From Promethearchaeota archaeon (lineage in GTDB: Archaea > Asgardarchaeota > Lokiarchaeia > Sigyniarchaeales > SOKP01), in contig JBHLNZ010000023.1 of the NCBI GenBank assembly GCA_048941015.1, positions 1 through 45,223 of the forward strand: a stretch of DNA of 45,223 nt. Direction: 5' to 3'. The notes under the pieces were generated by a model that saw only the letters and a program-made list of their open reading frames with translations, was not told the DNA's origin and searched no databases. The translations under genes and the position numbers were made by a program. Below are positions 39,799 to 45,223 of the stretch, in pieces. The number at the start of each line of letters is the position of its first letter. Position 1 is the stretch's first letter.

Positions 39799-40056
39799 TT
39801 ATTTCTGGGAATTTTTATTTTTGAATATCTTACTTAAATTCTCAGCAAGTTCATTACCCATGTCAAAAAAGTTCTTCATTGAATTATAGAATAAATCGCC
39901 TATTATTTCTCCTAAATCTTTTTCAGATTTTGGCGGTTTTTCTAACCTTTCGGAAGAATTTATTTCTTTAATAAGTTCTTCCTTTTTCTTTTCTAATTCG
40001 GTATTTAGTTCTTCTAAACTATTATGAATCTCTTCATAATGTTGGTTGTTTTCCAT
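39799..40056 (-). CDS. small coiled-coil/amphipathic helix protein
   Basis: 85 aa, AGGAGG RBS, last gene of the activase operon. Confidence 0.7.
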   Translation of the reverse strand: MENNQHYEEIHNSLEELNTELEKKKEELIKEINSSERLEKPPKSEKDLGEIIGDLFYNSMKNFFDMGNELAENLSKIFKNKNSQK

Positions 40057-40079
40057 AAAAATAACCTCCTTTCTCTTTT

Positions 40080-40766
40080 TTATTCAATATCTGGTTGAAT
40101 TTTAAGGGAATCGATGATCTTTAAAATATCTTCAGCAAGTTCATATCTTTGAGCTCTATATTTTTCGCGATTCATATTTTTCTCAACTGCTAATGGTGTT
40201 CCAATTTTCACCCGTATGCCATCGGCATCAATGATGTTTAGGATCTTGGTTTTTTCGGTGTATATTGCTAATGGAATTATTGGAGCATCACCAGCAACTG
40301 CAAACTTGATGATTCCTGCCATCGCTTTCAATTGAGTTTCAGGATCCAATTTTGATTCTGGAGTCATCGCCACTAAATCGCCTACTTCATTAAGATAACG
40401 AAAAACCATATCAATCGGTTCAGTGTCATCTTTATCTATCGTGCTTCTAAACATTCCAAGATTTTTAAGCACAGGACCATAGATCTGATGCTTCATTAAT
40501 TTATGATGCACCATAAAATGAATTCTGCGTCCTGTAACTTGACTTATAATTGCCATGTCTCTTAAAGCATTATCACTAATTGTGGTTAAAATTGCTTTTC
40601 CTCTTATTGGAATATTTTCTTTCCCATCTATTTTCAGATCAGTAAATAATTGTAGACCTAATCCACTTATCCCTTTTACAGCCCCATAAAGAAGCTCTTG
40701 TATAGTATCTTTCCCTACAAGTTTTTCTTTTCCTTTCGTTTCTGGTTCTTGACTTATTTCAGCCAT
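40080..40766 (-). CDS. PlsC/LPLAT-fold acyltransferase-like protein with degenerate HxxxxD motif
   Basis: IDGKENIP.RG.AIL, IHFM....L, MTPES (FPEG position), APIIPLAI, VKIGTP. The NHxSxxD motif reads TISDNALRD. Confidence 0.75.
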   Translation of the reverse strand: MAEISQEPETKGKEKLVGKDTIQELLYGAVKGISGLGLQLFTDLKIDGKENIPIRGKAILTTISDNALRDMAIISQVTGRRIHFMVHHKLMKHQIYGPVLKNLGMFRSTIDKDDTEPIDMVFRYLNEVGDLVAMTPESKLDPETQLKAMAGIIKFAVAGDAPIIPLAIYTEKTKILNIIDADGIRVKIGTPLAVEKNMNREKYRAQRYELAEDILKIIDSLKIQPDIE

Positions 40767-40789
40767 AATTTTTCACTTTTTTTAAATTT

Positions 40790-40984
40790 TTATAATTTAT
40801 CTATAAAATCATTTACTTCTTCCATCCGCCTATCATAATATTCTTTTAACTCTTTTTCAGAGACGAATGACGGTATAACTTTTTCTAATAAAAAATCAAA
40901 TATAGTTGATAATTTAGCTTTATGTTGTATAGTTTCGAGAAACTCTTCTCCAATGCCCCTTAACTGTTTAAAAAATTCTGCCAT
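40790..40984 (-). CDS. small amphipathic-helix protein
   Basis: 64 aa, tightly packed inside the operon. Confidence 0.65.
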   Translation of the reverse strand: MAEFFKQLRGIGEEFLETIQHKAKLSTIFDFLLEKVIPSFVSEKELKEYYDRRMEEVNDFIDKL

Positions 40985-41003
40985 TTTCTTTAAGATACCT
41001 TTT

Positions 41004-42029
41004 TTATGTTAATTGATCCCATTTACCGCATCTACTGCCCCAACGGGCTATGATTTTATTACCTTCTTGAGGCATCTTTACCTGAACAATCTCACAATTA
41101 TTAGGGCAATCACCGCAATGGAATGCCGAAGTGGTGAATTCAATATCTGATACCTCAAGTCCACGAAACAATGTTTGATGCTCATGTTCAATATAATAGT
41201 CTCTAACAAGAATAGACATACCTAATGCACCCATCAAGACATTATATTTCGGCACGATTACTTTACAATCGAGATGCCTCTCGAATGCTTGTATAATTCC
41301 CTTATTATAAGATACTCCTCCTTGAAATACTATAGGTTCTTCCAATTCTTTACCTTTTCCAACATTATTCATATAGTTCCTGACTAATGAATCACATAAT
41401 CCTGCAATTATGTCTTCTTTCGAATATCCCGCATTTTGTTTGTGGATCATATCTGATTCCGCAAATACAGTACATCTACCAGCAATACTTACAGGATTTC
41501 TTGATCGAACTGCATAATCACCAAATTCTTCTATGGGAATACCAAGTCTAGCAGCTTGATGATCGAGAAATGAGCCTGTGCCTGCTGCACAAACAGAATT
41601 CATAGCAAAATCTACGATAATTCCATCACGTAAAATAATTATTTTGGAATCTTGACCTCCAATTTCTAGAATTGTCCGAACATCGGGATACATAGACTGG
41701 GTAGCAACAGCATGAGCAATAATCTCAGTTTTAGCAAGATCACCCCCTACAATAGCTTTAGTTAAATATCGTGCAGAACCAGTTGTGCCACAACAACGTA
41801 TAGTATACTCTTGTAATGTTTCACTATCTTGTATTTTAGTTCGTAGTTGTGCCATTCCCGCTTTTGCTGAATCAATAGGAGAACCTCTATTACGCAAGAA
41901 CACGCTAGTGAGTACGTTTCCATCAATATCCATTAAAACAAATTTGCAACTAACACTCCCGATATCGATTCCAAGGAATGCATCTTTTTTCTCTGCTTCT
42001 ACTTTTACTTTATCTGATACTTGTACCAA
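41004..42029 (-). CDS. CoA-substrate enzyme activase (ASKHA ATPase, HgdC/BadF-BcrAD family) with C-terminal Cys cluster
   Basis: GIDIGSVS.K, EIGGQDSK, MNSVCAAGTGSFL, RCTVFAESD, FQGGV, C.DCPNNC...RC. Confidence 0.92.
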   Translation of the reverse strand: MVQVSDKVKVEAEKKDAFLGIDIGSVSCKFVLMDIDGNVLTSVFLRNRGSPIDSAKAGMAQLRTKIQDSETLQEYTIRCCGTTGSARYLTKAIVGGDLAKTEIIAHAVATQSMYPDVRTILEIGGQDSKIIILRDGIIVDFAMNSVCAAGTGSFLDHQAARLGIPIEEFGDYAVRSRNPVSIAGRCTVFAESDMIHKQNAGYSKEDIIAGLCDSLVRNYMNNVGKGKELEEPIVFQGGVSYNKGIIQAFERHLDCKVIVPKYNVLMGALGMSILVRDYYIEHEHQTLFRGLEVSDIEFTTSAFHCGDCPNNCEIVQVKMPQEGNKIIARWGSRCGKWDQLT

Positions 42030-42040
42030 TAATTTTCACC

Positions 42041-43228
42041 TTATTGTGTTTGAATTAATTGATAACATTCATTATAGAAGAGATCCCCATAGTGTGGATA
42101 TATTTTTTTCTTCCCATTTGCTATGAATTCTGGTGTATTTTTTATTTCCTGATCACGTCGGGTATTCATAAGATCTACAAAAGCTTCTAAACGGGTTCGA
42201 AAACCTTCCATTCCCGATTGTTCATCAAATGAAAAATAAATAATGGGTAAATCATATAATTTTTTTAATTTATTTGTTATTATTGTTCTTGCAGTGACTT
42301 CTGGCATACAAGTAAATGGGTATTGGTGAACAAAACCATCAAATCCTGATTTTGCTTTATCAATATATTCTCCAATAACCCATTGGCATTCTCCTCCAAT
42401 ATCCATCGGGACGTAAGGTTTTGATAAATGTTCAAGCCACTTTCGGTGATAATTTAAATGAAATTTATGTACAACCCAATCATAAAGACTTAAATTCTGA
42501 TGAATTTCTACTCCCATTTCACCAAGTTTTCGCCTAATATCTAAATTAACGTAAGGTTCTAAGCTGATATGAATCTCTCCTGATAATCCTACCTTAAGGG
42601 GTGTTAGTGAGTTATCCACATCTATAGAATTAAAATCTTGCTTTATTATGTTCTTAAAGTTTCTTAATTCTTTAAGAGTATTTGACTCATCAAGCTTAAT
42701 CAATAAGTTTTTAACTACTTCGGTTGTATCCCCCTGTTTGCATTCATAAGCACGGAAAATTCCTTCTGCAGTTTGGATATCATTTAATAATTTTGCTTTT
42801 TTCAAGAAAAATATTACTGCTTTTACAAATTTGGAATAAATAAATAAATCTCTTCTCCCGCTCAATTCTTGAAGAGTTTTAACCCAGTGAAATTCTAATA
42901 AATCTGCTTGATCTAATGGAATAATCCTGATATTCTTATAACCCATATCCCTCAAAATACGCTCTTGAACGCTTGCATAAAACCCAAACCGGCAAGGACC
43001 ACAATCTATAGCCATGACCAAGGTATCTGCTCCTTTCTTAATTGAACTTACAAAATCTCCAATGGTAGCCTTAAAAGGGAAACAAACAAATTCTGGACTA
43101 TATTTTACTCCAATCTTTACCGCTTCACGATTAGTAGGATCTGGAAGTACAACTTCTAAATCCAAGGCTGTAAACAAAGTTTTGAAGGCAACCCAGTTTG
43201 GCCCCATATTAGGAAATGAAATCAACAT
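42041..43228 (-). CDS. activase-associated reductase/2-hydroxyacyl-CoA dehydratase-like subunit (DUF2229/PlsR-like)
   Basis: SFPNMG, SPEFVCFPFK, GPCRFGFY, GEI, PFTCMPE, DEQSG.EG.RTRLEAF.DL. Confidence 0.85.
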   Translation of the reverse strand: MLISFPNMGPNWVAFKTLFTALDLEVVLPDPTNREAVKIGVKYSPEFVCFPFKATIGDFVSSIKKGADTLVMAIDCGPCRFGFYASVQERILRDMGYKNIRIIPLDQADLLEFHWVKTLQELSGRRDLFIYSKFVKAVIFFLKKAKLLNDIQTAEGIFRAYECKQGDTTEVVKNLLIKLDESNTLKELRNFKNIIKQDFNSIDVDNSLTPLKVGLSGEIHISLEPYVNLDIRRKLGEMGVEIHQNLSLYDWVVHKFHLNYHRKWLEHLSKPYVPMDIGGECQWVIGEYIDKAKSGFDGFVHQYPFTCMPEVTARTIITNKLKKLYDLPIIYFSFDEQSGMEGFRTRLEAFVDLMNTRRDQEIKNTPEFIANGKKKIYPHYGDLFYNECYQLIQTQ

Positions 43229-43503
43229 TTAAAGAGTATCTCCTCAGCAGTATTTACGTTTTGACAGATGCTATTTAATTTTTATATTTTACTTAAGTAA
43301 TTATTTGATTAAATAACACAGTCTGATATAAAAAATTACCCATTAAAAACAGATTCTCAAAAGTATGTTTATTTTATTAAAAATAATAGAAATTTTTACT
43401 AAAATAATGAAATCATCAAAATGACAATATTATTTTATTACTTTCGACGTTTCTTGTTAATTATCACTGAATGGTAATCCTATAACTTTCATATCTCGCA
43501 TAA

Positions 43504-43668
43504 TCAAGTTCTGAAGGGAAAACAGATGAACTCAGGGCTTTTTTTCACGCCAATCTTCACATCGTTACGATTCGTGGGATCTGGTAGAATCACCTCGGTA
43601 TCCATACACTCGAAGAAAGTCTTGAACGCCGGCTACGAATTGCCCATATTTGGAAAAGAAACTTTTAT
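43504..43668 (-). pseudogene. truncated paralogue of the downstream reductase-like gene
   Basis: IKVSFPNMGNS*PAFKTFFECMDTEVILPDPTNRNDVKIGVKKSPEFICFPFRT* aligns with the N-terminus of 42041..43228. TAG (43633-43635) sits at the Trp position, and the frame ends at TGA. Confidence 0.85.
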
Positions 43669-43682
43669 AATAAAATAGCTTC

Positions 43683-45017
43683 TCAAAGGTTAAAAAGAGA
43701 TCCGATACTAAAAAACGAATTTCTTGAAAAAAACTCGAGTCCATTCTTAACGGCGAATCCTAAATCTAATTTCTTTGATGGATTCAGCATTGTTAAAACC
43801 TTTGACATTGGTGTTTCAATACTAGACACGAAATATTCAAAATTAGATTTCGGCTTAAAATATATATTTTTTATTTCATCAGGGACCACATACTTGACAT
43901 CTCTAAATAAGGGATTACTTTTCTTGTTGCTAACCATTAAATCATGAAATGCTTCGATTCTTGTTCTAAGTCCTTCAAAACCAGAACTTCCATCAAGACT
44001 AAAATGAATGTGGGGCATGTAAAACTTCTCCATATTTTTCTCGGCTTCTAACATTCCCATTAGGGATATTTCAGGCATGCAAGTAAATGGGAATATATGG
44101 ACAAAACCATCAAAACCTTTTTCTTGAGACTCAAGATAACTTCCCATGTTCCATACTGCTTCTCCACCAATATCCATTGGAATATACTTTCTTGCACTAT
44201 GTTCAAGCCGTCTTCTTCGTTTGCTGGCGTCAAGTTTGTACATGACCCAATCAAAGACATCATACTGCTTGTGAACCTCGATACCCATGACGCCTAATTC
44301 TCCCATCAGATCATAATTAACCCATTTCTCCAACATGACTTGGATTTCCCCAGTATAACAAACCCTCAAAGGTTCCATTTCCTTGTCAATAGGAATCTTG
44401 CGAAAATTTTCATCTATCGTTCTATCAAAATTAGATAATTTCATCAAATTATTTTCGTTATCAAGTAAATTCATCAAAGTATGAACTACTTTGGTAGTCA
44501 TTGCTTTGTTTTTTTCTCGACATCTAACAAGTCCTTCAATATGGCTTATTCTTTCAACATAGTATGCTTTGATCAAGAACAAGAGTGTGTTTCTTAAAAT
44601 TTTATAGTCATCAAATTTTCTTCCTGTTCTTTTTTCTAAATCACGAAATACCATTAGCCATTCAAGATTTCTGAAATCATCTTGACTTAGATAAAACATT
44701 CTAACATCCTTGAATCCCATATTTTTCAAGATTCTTTTCTGAACGACAGCATACATTCCCGCTCGACATGGGCCGTGGTCAACAATCATCGCAAAATCTT
44801 TAACATCATAATTACGATACAGGTTTATCATTTCACCAAGAATGACTTTAAATGGAAAACATACGAATTCAGGAGAACGTTTGACTCCTTCACTAACGAT
44901 TTCAGTGTTTACTAGAGGGGGTTCAACAACTTCAATACCAGGAAGATCATGGAATAAACCTTTGAAAAAAATATAGCTCCAACCCATTCGTGAAAATGAA
45001 ACTCTAACATTTACCAT
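43683..45017 (-). CDS. second activase-associated reductase/dehydratase-like subunit (DUF2229/PlsR-like)
   Basis: SPEFVCFPFK, GPCRAGMY, GEI, PMDIGGE, PFTCMPE, RTRIEAF.DL. Confidence 0.85.
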   Translation of the reverse strand: MVNVRVSFSRMGWSYIFFKGLFHDLPGIEVVEPPLVNTEIVSEGVKRSPEFVCFPFKVILGEMINLYRNYDVKDFAMIVDHGPCRAGMYAVVQKRILKNMGFKDVRMFYLSQDDFRNLEWLMVFRDLEKRTGRKFDDYKILRNTLLFLIKAYYVERISHIEGLVRCREKNKAMTTKVVHTLMNLLDNENNLMKLSNFDRTIDENFRKIPIDKEMEPLRVCYTGEIQVMLEKWVNYDLMGELGVMGIEVHKQYDVFDWVMYKLDASKRRRRLEHSARKYIPMDIGGEAVWNMGSYLESQEKGFDGFVHIFPFTCMPEISLMGMLEAEKNMEKFYMPHIHFSLDGSSGFEGLRTRIEAFHDLMVSNKKSNPLFRDVKYVVPDEIKNIYFKPKSNFEYFVSSIETPMSKVLTMLNPSKKLDLGFAVKNGLEFFSRNSFFSIGSLFNL

Positions 45018-45223
45018 TTACCGCACCTACTATTCCATCGTGCAAATATCCTCTCATCCTTTTCTCTTCCAGTTACTCTTCTTTTATCTTCTTCCCTGAC
45101 AATGTATTTAACTGTACATCTATTTGGACAATCAGGACAGACAAACGAACCTGTAGCCAAGTTCATTTCACTAACTTTTAGGCCATGAAAAGAAGATATC
45201 TGTCCATTTACATGTTCCTTTGC
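45011..45223 (-). CDS. C-terminus of a second CoA-activase (partial, runs off the window)
   Basis: AKEHVNGQISSFHGLKV...FVCPDCPNRC...ARWNSRCGKW*, homologous to the C-terminus of 41004..42029. Overlaps the next start. Confidence 0.85.
   Translation of the reverse strand, partial: AKEHVNGQISSFHGLKVSEMNLATGSFVCPDCPNRCTVKYIVREEDKRRVTGREKDERIFARWNSRCGKW

Noticed and set aside
43633-43635. In-frame TAG as possible pyrrolysine readthrough (an MttB gene is nearby)
   Set aside because: It aligns to a Trp codon (TGG->TAG), the frame ends at TGA 43 codons later, and the MttB itself has no amber codon. A pseudogene is the simpler explanation.
2114-44297. Short ORFs in the track overlapping longer genes (2114-2305, 4834-5022, 7023-7295, 8628-8840, 11581-11787, 20557-20742, 23865-24116, 24325-24543, 25711-25944, 27645-27851, 32457-32732, 32497-32688, 34841-35032, 37228-37416, 37814-38047, 41785-42126, 43014-43232, 44060-44263, 44097-44297)
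   Set aside because: Antisense or alternate-frame shadows of well-supported genes, with no motifs of their own.

Overview
AT-rich, gene-dense archaeal chromosomal segment, most consistent with an Asgard archaeon of the Lokiarchaeia/Promethearchaeota type. This is an inference from Hef and Hel308 helicases, a Ras-like small GTPase relic, stand-alone 7TM proteins, a helical-repeat-TIR protein and many Zn-ribbon microproteins. No rRNA, tRNA, CRISPR array or transposase was recognised. Left to right: (1) a DNA-repair block with a Hef/FANCM-like helicase carrying a degenerate ERCC4 domain, a DUF1922-like Zn ribbon and a Hel308/Ski2-like helicase with a SWIM-finger insertion, plus a B12-binding radical SAM enzyme; (2) an uncharacterised membrane operon built around a 1240-aa membrane-anchored HerA/VirB4-like pseudo-ATPase, preceded by a GC-rich multi-stem structured element; (3) a GNAT/ThiF/PP-loop/GNAT biosynthetic-looking cluster; (4) a CoiA-like nuclease, a HAD hydrolase, Zn ribbons, tandem 7TM proteins and a degenerate GTPase; (5) a corrinoid protein/homocysteine methyltransferase/MttB-family operon with an EamA transporter; (6) a repeat-TIR protein, a glycine/sarcosine-type methyltransferase flanked by direct repeats, and a C2-like protein; (7) an operon of duplicated CoA-activase + reductase/dehydratase subunits (split PlsA/PlsR/Ger-like) with a PlsC-fold protein, suggesting bacterial-type ether/plasmalogen lipid chemistry. 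All family calls come from motif recognition, not database searches.
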